From assembly GCA_052279835.1 (NCBI GenBank), contig CP181291.1, positions 1,632,001 to 1,696,000 of the forward strand: a stretch of 64,000 nt of DNA. Reading direction: 5' to 3'. Source of the stretch: Microcoleus sp. (GTDB lineage: Bacteria; Cyanobacteriota; Cyanobacteriia; Cyanobacteriales; Microcoleaceae). The position numbers and the translations under genes were made by a program. Under the pieces are notes generated by a model, which saw only the letters and a list, made by a program, of their open reading frames with translations, did not search any database and was not told where the DNA came from. Below, piece after piece: positions 1 to 9,967 of the stretch (positions are counted from its first letter, which is position 1; each line of letters opens with the position of its first letter).

Positions 1-300
1 AACAATATCGCCTTTAGAAATTCCGGCTGCTAGTAAATCATCAACTACACACAAATTAGTCATATCTTCTTCCACCCAAATTTTACCATCTTTAATCCGA
101 AGATACATCGTCATGTAGCGCAGCCGTTCTTTGCCATTCCAGCCAGAACGAAACCAGAGATATTGATCTCGTTCTTCATCAAATGCCAGACGATCATCTG
201 GATCTAATTCATCTAGTGCGATCGCCCCCTGGACTGCCATTTGATAATATTCAGTCAATATTTTTTTAATTGTATCGCGATAGTATTCTAATTTATCCAT
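1..300 (-). CDS. xisI: XisI family protein (3' end runs off window)
   Basis: Manual translation from ATG at 300: MDKLEYYRDTIKKILTEY...FDEERDQYLW...GW...LRIKDGKIWVEEDMT...DDLLAAGISKGDIV; overlaps the xisH stop as in the usual xisH-xisI pair. Confidence 0.9.
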   Translation of the reverse strand, partial: MDKLEYYRDTIKKILTEYYQMAVQGAIALDELDPDDRLAFDEERDQYLWFRSGWNGKERLRYMTMYLRIKDGKIWVEEDMTNLCVVDDLLAAGISKGDIV

Positions 301-704
301 TGTATAATTTCCTCTTTTTTCATTTCAACAGTGATTAATAGAAGCTGATTTTCATTGGTAATTAATTGTATCGACTTGCGTTTAAAAAAATCTTGGTAGA
401 CGATATCATCAATTGCCAAATAAAGCGTGTATTCTGGAGCCGTGAGTTGAATTAGATTTCGGTAGACAATATATTGACCGAGTGCGCCGTGAAAATCATA
501 CATTAGCGATCGCCCAATAAAGCTCTTAATTTCAACAACTATCTTTTGTCCTTGGCGTTCTGCTGCGATCGGCTTTTCTGCCGCTAGATCGGCATATAAC
601 TCAGCATCCTCATATTTGATGAAGTAGGGGTCAGCCGTAATTGTCCAACCATCTTTGATTAAGGCATTTTTAACTGCATTGTGGTAGGTATCTTTGGCAG
701 GCAT
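288..704 (-). CDS. xisH: XisH family protein (restriction-endonuclease-like fold)
   Basis: MPAKDxYHxAVKNALIKDGWTITxDP, DLAAEK, VEIKSF, ALGQY motifs. Confidence 0.92.
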   Translation of the reverse strand: MPAKDTYHNAVKNALIKDGWTITADPYFIKYEDAELYADLAAEKPIAAERQGQKIVVEIKSFIGRSLMYDFHGALGQYIVYRNLIQLTAPEYTLYLAIDDIVYQDFFKRKSIQLITNENQLLLITVEMKKEEIIQWIN

Positions 705-807
705 AGTAAAAACAGTTAAATATTACTTGCTCTTTAAATACAGTATAATCCTTCGGAGTCGGTTTCACCAAAAAACAGATAATCATCAGCGATCGCTAAC
801 CTACAGA

Positions 808-2076
808 TCACTTTGGCAAAGGCTCTAATATTTTCTCACCATCCCTAGCCGTAACCATCGTAAATAAAGCCTCATATTGATTCAAAGCTTCCTCAAATCC
901 ATAATTCTCAACAGCATAACTTCTGCCTTGCACACCCAGCGCATCCACTTTAGCCGGATTCAGATACAAATCTTCAACCCCATCCGCTAGAGCTTGCGGA
1001 TCTTCCGGTGGTACTACCACCCCGCCACCACTTTGCTGCACTGCTTTATGAGCAGTACCAGTTTCTGGCACCGAAGCCAAAATAGCCCGGCCACTCGCCA
1101 ACAGCACTTGAATTTTTGAGGGCATATTAAAATTAGTCACGCGCCGCTTTTGTACCACCAAACTAACATCAGCGGCAGCTAACATTTCTGGCAATTTTTC
1201 TCGCGGTTCAAAGGGCAGTAACGTCACATTCGTCGCTTTGTAAGTTTCACAATCTCTTTGCAAACGTGACAGTGCGGTGGACTCTCCCACAATTACAAAA
1301 GCTATTTCTGGTATGTGTTTCAAACGAGCCGCTGCTTGGACAACAGTTTGCAAACCTTGAGTCAGGGCAATATTGCCTGCGTAGAGAACGACAAATTTGC
1401 CCTGGAGATTGTGAGCTTGGCGAAAGGAGTTATTTTCTTTAGGTAAGGGACGGATGAAATTGACATCAACCCAATTGGGAACGCAAACTATCTTTTCTGG
1501 GGGTACTCCTTGAGAGTGCAATTTTTTGACAAAACCGCTGTCGATGACGCTGACTTTGCTCGCAGTGGTGTAGGCCAATTTTTCTAAGGCGTCAGCAATC
1601 TGAATTAACATTCCATTCTTTTTCACCAAACCGACGCGCACGGCTGCTTCTGAGACGATATCTTGAACGTTGAGGACGATCGGGCAACTGCGAATCCACC
1701 CATAAAGAGCCACTGGGACGCAAATCGGCAATGGGGGCATGGTGGAGAAAATCACGTCTGGTCGATCGCCCCTAAATGCTTGAATAGCACTAGATATCAC
1801 AAAACTACCATCTAACAGCAGTCGGTCTAGCAAACTGGGGTGAGGGCCGTTAACCCGCAGGTAGCTGCGCTGTATTGTCACACCGTTATGTTCTTCGGTA
1901 ACATAGAATTTGCCCCGATATTGTTCATAAATCTGGCGCTGCGGATAGTTGGGCATTCCTGTAACTACTCTGACTTGATGACCACGCTGAACTAGGCCCT
2001 GGGCTAGTTCTGTCATCAGGGGAGCAATGCCGATCGGCTCTGGATAGTAGTTATAGGAATAAATCAGAATACGCAT
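808..2076 (-). CDS. Glycosyltransferase family 4, WcaI-like
   Basis: MRILIYSYNYYPEPIGIA, GMPNYP, YAGNIALTQGL, MPSKIQVLLASG. Confidence 0.9.
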   Translation of the reverse strand: MRILIYSYNYYPEPIGIAPLMTELAQGLVQRGHQVRVVTGMPNYPQRQIYEQYRGKFYVTEEHNGVTIQRSYLRVNGPHPSLLDRLLLDGSFVISSAIQAFRGDRPDVIFSTMPPLPICVPVALYGWIRSCPIVLNVQDIVSEAAVRVGLVKKNGMLIQIADALEKLAYTTASKVSVIDSGFVKKLHSQGVPPEKIVCVPNWVDVNFIRPLPKENNSFRQAHNLQGKFVVLYAGNIALTQGLQTVVQAAARLKHIPEIAFVIVGESTALSRLQRDCETYKATNVTLLPFEPREKLPEMLAAADVSLVVQKRRVTNFNMPSKIQVLLASGRAILASVPETGTAHKAVQQSGGGVVVPPEDPQALADGVEDLYLNPAKVDALGVQGRSYAVENYGFEEALNQYEALFTMVTARDGEKILEPLPK

Positions 2077-2235
2077 AATATTTCGTTGGAAGCAAATTTT
2101 CCGGCAGCCACTAACAGGAGCTAGTACCCGCTTAATTCGCCTGGATTAGGTCTAGTTCCGCGTCATAAAGCAGAGGGCGCTGCCTGGAATTTTCTAGGCT
2201 CAAAAGCAGTCGCCCTTTGTGGTTTTGAGTCATCA

Positions 2236-2673
2236 TCAGGTAATGTTTTTTCGCATTACCAGACAGTTGCGGCGATCGTCTGTACGGATATAACGAAGCT
2301 GCTCTGTCAGCTTGTGCATAAATAGCAGTCCCCTTTCTCCTTCTTTTTCCAAGGGATCGCGCTTGTCTTGGATAATAGCGTCGAGCTTTGCTTCTAGGTC
2401 AAAGGGTTGACCCCTATCCCAAATCCTGATTTCTAGGTAATCGGAAAACACTGCGACTTCGAGGTCTATCGGTGTCGTGGAGTGCAAGTTTTTGTGAGCA
2501 TGGCGAACAGCATTTGTAAACCCTTCATTCACAATCAGGCTGCACTGCCACCCCAAATCCTCTGGTAGCAGGGGCAGGACAATATTTTCCAACCACTCCA
2601 AAACTTGTTTCAGAGCCTCCATGTCCGTTTCCACTTGAAGATGCAACTCGGCCTTTGGTTGCTGATCTTTCAT
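2236..2673 (-). CDS. RsbW-like anti-sigma factor / Ser kinase (HATPase_c_2)
   Basis: N-box EGFTNAVRHAH, G1 box IWDRGQPFD, GERGL. Confidence 0.88.
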   Translation of the reverse strand: MKDQQPKAELHLQVETDMEALKQVLEWLENIVLPLLPEDLGWQCSLIVNEGFTNAVRHAHKNLHSTTPIDLEVAVFSDYLEIRIWDRGQPFDLEAKLDAIIQDKRDPLEKEGERGLLFMHKLTEQLRYIRTDDRRNCLVMRKNIT

Positions 2674-3124
2674 TTTTTTTCCCCCTGGTCGCCCCCCAGC
2701 ACAACTTCAGCTACGATCGGTACAAACTCAGCACAAGTAACTGTACTCAGCTTGGCTGGGACGCGAGTGTTCAGCGTAGCGGTGGCGGGAGAATAAGGGG
2801 GGCAAGGTCTTGGCAACATATTAGTTAAGTCAAGCTTGAGTTGAAGAAGCCCGTTTTGCCTCAAGGTGAGCATTCCTTTCGCACCATTTACTCCTACTGG
2901 AAATGAGAGACTTTTGATACTTTAACCCGCCTGGGTAGGGCGTTTAAATAATTTTCAGTTTTGAGTTGGGAGTTTTGATTTTTCAACTGCTTTAGAAAAC
3001 TTAGCAAAACCTATCCAAAGTTATCTTTAGATGGTAAGTGTTTACTTCCGTTGTTTATTGACGTGATTAGTTAAAATTTTATTGATTTCTTTCATCACTT
3101 ATGATAAAACGTCTGAATTTTAGT

Positions 3125-3160
3125 AACCCCCCCTGTACCTAAAAGGTCAGCGGAGGGTTG
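3125..3160 (-). terminator. Imperfect hairpin just downstream of the STAS-sugar transferase gene
   Basis: aacccccc-tgtacc-taaaa-ggtcagcgg-agggtt, about 10 nt past the stop codon. Confidence 0.35.
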
Positions 3161-3170
3161 TTCAGGCATC

Positions 3171-4178
3171 CTATACAGCGCCACTATTTTTGTTGAACAG
3201 AACAGCTATGGTTTTCACAATTAGTTTCAGGTCATACATCAGGCTCCAGTTTTCTTGGTACTTTAAGTCCAAGCGGATCACATCTTCAAAATTACGCACC
3301 TGAGAGCGACCGTTAACTTGCCATTCTCCAGTCATTCCTGGTTTGACATCAAAACGCTGCCACTGAGGTACTTCATAGCGGTCAACTTCATCTGGAGTAG
3401 GGGGTCGGGTACCCACTAGACTCATTTCACCTTTTAGTACGTTCCAAAATTGTGGCAGTTCATCAAGGCTGGTTTTTCGCAATATCCGCCCGACTTTGGT
3501 AATGCGGGGGTCATTGTCATTTTTGAAAAAAGCGCCGGAGGCTTGGTTTTTGATTTGAGATTTAAGGGCTTCGGCGTTGGTACACATCGAGCGAAACTTC
3601 CAAATCTGAAATCTTTTTCCCATCCAGCCACAGCGGGTTTGAGCAAAAAAGATCGGGCCTGGATCGTTAATTGTGATGGCTGCGACTATGGGTATAAACA
3701 ATATTCCTGTAATTATCAAACCTACTATGGCCCCAACGATGTCGATCAGCCGTTTTACCAACGATCGCACAGAGGGGTGCGTAACTGGTAACTGACTGTC
3801 TGCACGGTTGTTTTCAGCGGGGGCTGTGCTAACTGGCGACGGCTCGATAGTCAGCACTTGGTCTAGGCTGGTGAGAGCAAATACTGCCATCACCTGCGGC
3901 TTGAGACTCCGCAATACTAAGTCGCACTCCCGCTGTTTGGCAAATTTTAGATTGCTGACTAAGGCACCAATCCCGCTACTGTCGATGAATGTCGTGTCAC
4001 TGAAGTCTAGGACAATTTTGCTGGGAACGGTGTTTTTCGAGTTTTCAGAGAAAAGTTGCTGGCAGGTTGTCTTAAAGTTTACGGCTTCAAGTACGCTTAA
4101 GCGCACAGGTATGTGAACGGAAGGAATTTCGTCCAAGTAAGTTACCCGAAAATCTGCCTCTGGGGTTTGGGTGACCAT
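3171..4178 (-). CDS. STAS (anti-anti-sigma) domain fused to a bacterial sugar transferase (priming phosphoglycosyltransferase)
   Basis: STAS motif [20 protein letters not shown]-terminal [51 protein letters not shown]. Confidence 0.92.
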   Translation of the reverse strand: MVTQTPEADFRVTYLDEIPSVHIPVRLSVLEAVNFKTTCQQLFSENSKNTVPSKIVLDFSDTTFIDSSGIGALVSNLKFAKQRECDLVLRSLKPQVMAVFALTSLDQVLTIEPSPVSTAPAENNRADSQLPVTHPSVRSLVKRLIDIVGAIVGLIITGILFIPIVAAITINDPGPIFFAQTRCGWMGKRFQIWKFRSMCTNAEALKSQIKNQASGAFFKNDNDPRITKVGRILRKTSLDELPQFWNVLKGEMSLVGTRPPTPDEVDRYEVPQWQRFDVKPGMTGEWQVNGRSQVRNFEDVIRLDLKYQENWSLMYDLKLIVKTIAVLFNKNSGAV

Positions 4179-4376
4179 GAAGTCCTAGTTTCAAATTTCA
4201 AGCTGATGTCTTTAGCCTATTGTGTCCTAGGCCATCCATTTTTACCAATTATTATTGTTAACAACAGCCTAGATTTACACAAACTTTACATTTTCACCAC
4301 GAACCAGGCCAGCCAAGAAGTGCTTCTGGCAAAAGCCCACACCCTACCCGTCCAGGGGGTTGGTGTGTGCAGGAGG

Positions 4377-5045
4377 TCACGAATTGTAAACGTTTTCTGA
4401 CTGGGAAGTTTCGCGGCCGAGGGGTTTAACCTTGGCTTTAGCTTTAGCTGCGTTGCGTTTGAGGGCTTGGAGACGGGCTTCGTATTTAGCGCGCTGCTGC
4501 TTTTTGGAAGTTTGCTCGATGAGGGTTTTTAAGGCACTACCGAGGCTTTTGTATGCGTTGGGGAGAGTATAGCCGAAGCGAGTCGCCAGGGCCAGGGCTT
4601 TTTCGTCCGCGTCTATGGCTTCTTTTAAGCTTTTCTCTCCGTTGTTTTTCTGGTACAGCCTCCAGCCGGAGACGCCACACAGGGAGAGGGCTAGTACCAG
4701 CAGCAAGCCATCTTGTACCCAAAGTTCGCCGACTGCGCCACCTAAACCAATAGCGAGGGCGGCCATTTCCCAGCCATCTCTGGGGATGGTGTCGTTTTGG
4801 ATTCTGGCGACTTCGTGCCAAAATAGGAGGTTTCGCTGATCCATTGCTAGCTGTTCCCAGCGGATCAGGTCTATTTGTATTTCTACCTGATCTTTGCCTA
4901 TTTCTTCGCTACGGATCAAGGCGGGATTAATTTCTATGGTTTTTTCTACTGTTACCCAACTTTGTAGTTCTGGGGGGAGTATATTTTTCAAGCGCCGGAT
5001 CTCACTCATCTCGGCTCTTGCTGTGGAGGTTGCATAGGATGTCAT
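4377..5045 (-). CDS. DUF3318 family conserved cyanobacterial membrane protein
   Basis: EIRRLKNILPPELQSWV, QRNLLFWHEVARIQNDTIPRDGWE, two TM helices. Confidence 0.8.
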   Translation of the reverse strand: MTSYATSTARAEMSEIRRLKNILPPELQSWVTVEKTIEINPALIRSEEIGKDQVEIQIDLIRWEQLAMDQRNLLFWHEVARIQNDTIPRDGWEMAALAIGLGGAVGELWVQDGLLLVLALSLCGVSGWRLYQKNNGEKSLKEAIDADEKALALATRFGYTLPNAYKSLGSALKTLIEQTSKKQQRAKYEARLQALKRNAAKAKAKVKPLGRETSQSENVYNS

Positions 5046-5245
5046 AGCTCCGGCCTTAAATTTTTCAAAGGGTTAATATGCTTCTATATTTTGGAGTATA
5101 GCAAACCTTTTGGACCTTATCTTCTAGCTTTCTGGCAAATATTCCTCACCCTAGTTTGAGTGTCTGATGCTGAAAGCAGAATTACCGTAGAGGGTCGATC
5201 GACCCTCTATACCCAATTTACTCGCTCCGAGGCGATCGACACTAA

Positions 5246-6916
5246 CTACTCAACTGTTTTCTGCTTATTTTGCATCTTATTCTTCATAAACGGTTCAATT
5301 TCTTGTCGCAATTTCACCCAAGCCGACAAAACCTCCGGTGCCGAAGTTATCCCTTTCTGCACCAAAACCACCCCATCTAATACCTTAGCAATACCATAGC
5401 TTCCGTTCCGCAGAGCCTCGTCTGTAAAACCCACTCCCGCCCTAACTCTACCTCGATCGACCGGCACCTTTAAATTATTCTGCTGCAACTGCCACAAATC
5501 TAATAGAGCATAATCCACATCCACCGCATTTCCGGCTTCATCCCGCAACTTCATCACCTCCAAACGAATGATGTTCCGACGCCCAGATAGGTGAGAAACT
5601 ATGTAACCACTCGTGGAAACGCTAGCCTCTGGAGGAATTAACTCCATCACAGTTTTCAAATCAGCCCCATGGGCTAATTGCTCAGTCAAGGATTGATAAA
5701 CCAGAGGATTGAAAGCATAGGGAGAAAGGAAATACAAAGCTCGATTAGGATTAGAAGTCAAAGTAAACAATAGGGACAATCCGATACATCCCATCCAAAA
5801 GCGATGTAGCCTTGGTTTAAATTTTTCGGGATGCTCCGACCACCACAATATTGCAGCATAAATCAAAACAGGAACTAAACTCAAAGTATAACGAGTATTC
5901 ATAGAAGTCGCTGCTTTATTTTCTACTTGCAACAGCAGCACTAGCAAAGGAAAGCTAGACATCACCCAAGCTGGCCAGGAAAAAATAGGTATAAAAGCCA
6001 GTGGCAGCCACAAACCCAACACAAATCTAATTCGCCTTTCTAAACTTTCTAAATCCGCAAAAAATACTTGAATTATAATTTGAGGTTGGCTAACTATTGC
6101 CCACAGTAACTGTAGCGTCGAAGGATTTTCTATGTTGACAAACTTCTTAAAATACAGAGCTAAATAAAGTCGGGAGTTGTCATTGGAAAACAGAGGCATC
6201 ACAACATTAGTTATCAGCGAAACATAGCTAAAACTGAGGACACACAAAGCTATACCAGTCCGTGGATAGCGGCGGCTGAAAAATAAATAGGCTCCAATTC
6301 CAAACAGAGTAATGCCGGTGTCTTCACGAGTTCCTAATGCTAAGGCTGCAAAAATCCAAAACACCAACCACCTTTGCTTTTCTAAGGCTAATAATAAACT
6401 AAATAAAAACAAAGGAATTTGGCAGTGTTCGTAAAAATTTCCCAGCGTTGGACCAATTACCGCATTGGCTCCATAATAGCTAGCTACGACCATTATTGAC
6501 AGAGGAATAGACAAATAATGTCTCGCTAAAAAATACAAAACTATGCCAGCAGCCGCAATTAAAGCTACTTGCAAAACTATCAGAGTCACGGGAGAGGGAA
6601 ACAGGGCATAAAGCGGCATCCACAGCAAAAAATCGATGACAAAATGTTGCCCTAAATGGATGTAAGATGGATAGGATAGTTCCCGATCGATCAGAGATGC
6701 ACCAGAGGCCGCGGAGGAAAGGGAACTTTGAAATAGTTTGCCATGTACGCTATTCCAAAATACTTGATTAAATAAACCGTGATCGTAGGTAGCCAAAAAG
6801 CTATCATAGCGAATGATACTAAAAGTTAATACCGAGATAAAAAAAATTACTGCAATGATTATTGCTTGACGCAACCCTGTTTCATGCCGCCAGTAGTAGA
6901 GAGGTTTAAATTTCAT
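5246..6916 (-). CDS. DUF2079 family polytopic membrane protein (GT-C-like)
   Basis: YDHGLFNQVFWN, HLGQHF, NFYE, TREDTG; many TM segments plus a soluble C-terminal domain. Confidence 0.8.
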   Translation of the reverse strand: MKFKPLYYWRHETGLRQAIIIAVIFFISVLTFSIIRYDSFLATYDHGLFNQVFWNSVHGKLFQSSLSSAASGASLIDRELSYPSYIHLGQHFVIDFLLWMPLYALFPSPVTLIVLQVALIAAAGIVLYFLARHYLSIPLSIMVVASYYGANAVIGPTLGNFYEHCQIPLFLFSLLLALEKQRWLVFWIFAALALGTREDTGITLFGIGAYLFFSRRYPRTGIALCVLSFSYVSLITNVVMPLFSNDNSRLYLALYFKKFVNIENPSTLQLLWAIVSQPQIIIQVFFADLESLERRIRFVLGLWLPLAFIPIFSWPAWVMSSFPLLVLLLQVENKAATSMNTRYTLSLVPVLIYAAILWWSEHPEKFKPRLHRFWMGCIGLSLLFTLTSNPNRALYFLSPYAFNPLVYQSLTEQLAHGADLKTVMELIPPEASVSTSGYIVSHLSGRRNIIRLEVMKLRDEAGNAVDVDYALLDLWQLQQNNLKVPVDRGRVRAGVGFTDEALRNGSYGIAKVLDGVVLVQKGITSAPEVLSAWVKLRQEIEPFMKNKMQNKQKTVE

Positions 6917-6934
6917 GTTTTTTGGCTGAATTTA

Positions 6935-7720
6935 CTAATATTTATTAATTTTATTGAAGTGGTTTTTAAATTCTGAAATAGAAATAAATTCCCCTTGTTT
7001 TTTCAGCACCGTCAGATATTTTTCTAATTTGTCAATCATTTTACTACCGGCATCTTTTTTGACATAACTGGGGAGTTTAAACTGGGAAATATCAGTGAAT
7101 TCCCAGGGGTGAAAGTAGATGTTTAGATAGGAGTCTGTTTCTAAAGTGAGCTTGGCTGCTAATTGTATCACTGAAAGCGGCAAGTTCTTAAAACTTAACC
7201 AAAATAGGGGAAATCGGATCGCGGGAGTAACTGAAATGGGCAAGTTGAGTAATTTATTCCTATAATATGCAGTTCTAGGTTTCAAGAGATTGTTGTATCT
7301 ACCGGGGATGTAGGTAGGATTCATGGATGAGTTGTATTCATAGCCTGCTTGTTCTATTTCTGCGTCGTCAACAGGCTGGAGTCTTGCCATCCTGAAGCCG
7401 ACGACTTTAGTATTAGTTATGGATTCTAAGGTTTGCTTAGATTTTTGTAAATCATCCACGGAAAATTGGGAATGGTAAAAGCCGTGGGAGGCAATTTCAT
7501 GTTGTTGTGAAAGTTGCTTAATTATTTCTTGGTTGTGGAGTGCGAAGTTAGCAGTTACAAAAAATGTGGCTGCGATATCTAATTTTTCCAAAAGTGAAAT
7601 AACATTGCATAACCCGGTTTTAGAAACTGCAAATTTGATATCTTCTGTGAGGGGTTGACCGTATTCTTCGGGAATGTCAAATTCTTCTATGTCAAAGCTC
7701 AATAAAATGTATTTAGTCAT
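6935..7720 (-). CDS. Polysaccharide deacetylase (CE4/NodB fold, DUF3473-type)
   Basis: LSFDIEEF, ATFFVT, HEIASHGFYH, GFRMAR, YFHPWEF. Confidence 0.85.
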   Translation of the reverse strand: MTKYILLSFDIEEFDIPEEYGQPLTEDIKFAVSKTGLCNVISLLEKLDIAATFFVTANFALHNQEIIKQLSQQHEIASHGFYHSQFSVDDLQKSKQTLESITNTKVVGFRMARLQPVDDAEIEQAGYEYNSSMNPTYIPGRYNNLLKPRTAYYRNKLLNLPISVTPAIRFPLFWLSFKNLPLSVIQLAAKLTLETDSYLNIYFHPWEFTDISQFKLPSYVKKDAGSKMIDKLEKYLTVLKKQGEFISISEFKNHFNKINKY

Positions 7721-8441
7721 AATTACCCACTCGATTATTATAGCGAATTTTTAACAAGCACAAGAACATTTTGAGAGAATCTTTAACTATATTTACTTTA
7801 GAAGCTTTGGATAAATGTTGTTCGGAAATTCTAGCGGGAATTTCACCGATTGTATATCCTTTTTTGTGTGCTAAAAACAGGAGTTCAGCATCAAAAGAAA
7901 ATCCAGCTATTGTCTGTTGCTTGAAGAGTTCTTGGGCCGCATCTTTTTTAAATCCTTTGAGTCCTGCCTGCATATCTCGATAGGGCAGATTGAGGATTTT
8001 GCGGGAAATAAAGTTAAATATTTGACCTGATATTTTTCTCAGTAATGTGAGATTGCGGAAGTTGTCTTTGTCGAGGTTTCTGCAACCAATTACCACATCA
8101 AATTTTTCTAGTTTTTCTATTAAGGGTTCTAGATGCTCTAGGGAGTAAGCTAAGTCACCATCCATAAAGCAAATGCAGTCATCTTTTATATATTCGCTAC
8201 CTTTTTTTACTGCATAGCCTTTTCCTTGACGAGGGTTATAAGAAATTATTTTGATATGATTTGTGGGGAATATTTTGAGTTTATTTTCGAGGATTGTCAG
8301 TGTATTATCTGTTGACCCGTCATTGACAATGATAAAATTATAAGGGTGATTTGTTTGAGAAAAATCGAAAATTCTGTCAAAGGTTTGTGCTATGCAATTT
8401 TCTTCGTTGTAAACAGGTAGAATTACCGTGATTTTCATCAT
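7713..8441 (-). CDS. Glycosyltransferase family 2, polyprenyl-phosphate sugar synthase-like
   Basis: ILPVYNEE, VNDGSTDNT, GKGYAVKKG, FMDGDL, DMQAGLKGF, FSFDAELL. Confidence 0.88.
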   Translation of the reverse strand: MMKITVILPVYNEENCIAQTFDRIFDFSQTNHPYNFIIVNDGSTDNTLTILENKLKIFPTNHIKIISYNPRQGKGYAVKKGSEYIKDDCICFMDGDLAYSLEHLEPLIEKLEKFDVVIGCRNLDKDNFRNLTLLRKISGQIFNFISRKILNLPYRDMQAGLKGFKKDAAQELFKQQTIAGFSFDAELLFLAHKKGYTIGEIPARISEQHLSKASKVNIVKDSLKMFLCLLKIRYNNRVGNYD

Positions 8442-8544
8442 TATTATGGAATCAAGCTTTCGCAGAAGTATCGTATCACCTTAGTACAAAAATCACAAGT
8501 AAAAAATATATAGCCTTTGGAGTGAAAGAAGAGGTCCGATCGAG

Positions 8545-8723
8545 AATTGGTAATAGGTAATAGGTAATAGGTAATTGGTAATTGGTAATAGGTAATGCCC
8601 TATACCCTTCCCCCATCCCCCCTAGGGGGTCAGGGGGGTTCCCATGCCCCATGTGCCATACTTCGACAACGCTGGAGCCCAAATGCCCCATTACCCATTA
8701 CCCATTACCCATTACTCATTACC
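8545..8723. repeat. Oppositely oriented heptamer STRR arrays around a CCCCCTAGGGGG palindrome
   Basis: ggtaata/ggtaatt units at 8545-8596 and cattacc units at 8687-8723. Confidence 0.8.
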
Positions 8724-8998
8724 TAGTACCCACCTAACTGAGAAAGGCTATATATGCTGACGATCGCCCAATAGTTGCAAATATATCTCACGTCATGACT
8801 TTTTGACAAGACAACTCCCGCACTCAGTCAATTTTCGGCTATGGTTGTGGCCTAGGTGCGATCGCATAGATTTTACTATACTATTGGAATTGACCTAGCT
8901 CATCTTTGGAAAAAACCGCAGCAATCCTATACAATCTAAATGCAGACCCAGCTCTACCAAACCACCTATACCAGTACCTCATGAGGTCGTCATTGTCA

Positions 8999-9922
8999 AT
9001 GGTCAATTTTTTAGTTGATAAATTGCCGGAGTATTTTCAACCGATTACCATCCGTAAAAAACGCTTTCTTCACTTTTTTCTAGCATTTTTACTCACCTTA
9101 ATTAGTTATCAAGTAATCTTAGAATTAATTACATTAGAAATTCCAATTTTCGGTTTTCACGATATTGTTGATTTGCAAAACCCTCAAGAAATACCTCCCC
9201 AGCGCCGGGACTTTCCCGGCGACTACAGCCAGCAAAAATTAGAACCTTTTTTAGAGTATTTAGTAGTCAATAACTATTGGTTTTTGTCAACCCAAGAACT
9301 TTATGATTATTTTTTAGCAACTCCCCCAAAAATAGTGCCTGCTGAATATCGCGATCGCAAAAAAGTCATCATTTCATTTGACGATGGAAATAAAAGCATT
9401 TATACACACTTACTACCTATCTTAGAAAAACTAGAAAACAAATACGGTAAAAAAATTAAAGTAGTAGTATTTATTAACTCCGGCTTTTTCGGAACGCATC
9501 ATTCACTAATCAAAAAAGTCAACTGTCAAGACTTGAGAGATGGATTTAAAAAAGGATTTTACGATATTCAATCTCACGGACTAAATCACGAAAATTTAAC
9601 CAAAATTTCCCTTCAAGCTTTAGACAGAGAACTGTCACAAGACCAAATCCGATTGAGAAAATGCACCCAAGACTTAGACCCCAATCAAACAGTCGCCTCT
9701 CACATCGCCTACCCCTTTGGCGCAATCAACAACCAAAGTGAGAAATATGTTGCCAAATACTACAAATCTGGATATTTATACGACAGTTTAAAATTAAAAC
9801 TCCGCTTTTTCCCCCACAACCCCTATCGAATTTCCCGCTTGACTATCAACAACAAACACTCAACAAAAAAACTTATGAAAATGGCTTCAGGAAACTGGCT
9901 ACACCGAACAATTGGCAAGTGA
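8999..9922 (+). CDS. Membrane-anchored polysaccharide deacetylase (PgaB/IcaB-like)
   Basis: TM helix, IPIFGFH, ISFDDG, IQSHGLNH, IAYPFG; start placed at ATG 8999 behind a GAGG (ORF open from 8906). Confidence 0.8.
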   Translation: MVNFLVDKLPEYFQPITIRKKRFLHFFLAFLLTLISYQVILELITLEIPIFGFHDIVDLQNPQEIPPQRRDFPGDYSQQKLEPFLEYLVVNNYWFLSTQELYDYFLATPPKIVPAEYRDRKKVIISFDDGNKSIYTHLLPILEKLENKYGKKIKVVVFINSGFFGTHHSLIKKVNCQDLRDGFKKGFYDIQSHGLNHENLTKISLQALDRELSQDQIRLRKCTQDLDPNQTVASHIAYPFGAINNQSEKYVAKYYKSGYLYDSLKLKLRFFPHNPYRISRLTINNKHSTKKLMKMASGNWLHRTIGK

Positions 9923-9967
9923 ATTTGCTGAACTATATAGTTATTAAAAATACCAGAGGTTAGTGCA

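Noticed and set aside
218..225. Very frequent GCGATCGC octamer throughout the window
   Set aside because: Well-known cyanobacterial HIP1; used only as a taxonomic clue
1..704. xisH/xisI as evidence of an fdxN excision element
   Set aside because: No recombinase or interrupted nif gene in the window; xisHI pairs are widespread on their own
2670..2873. 67-aa ORF overlapping the RsbW-like start (ATGA)
   Set aside because: No recognisable motif; could be a leader peptide but unsupported
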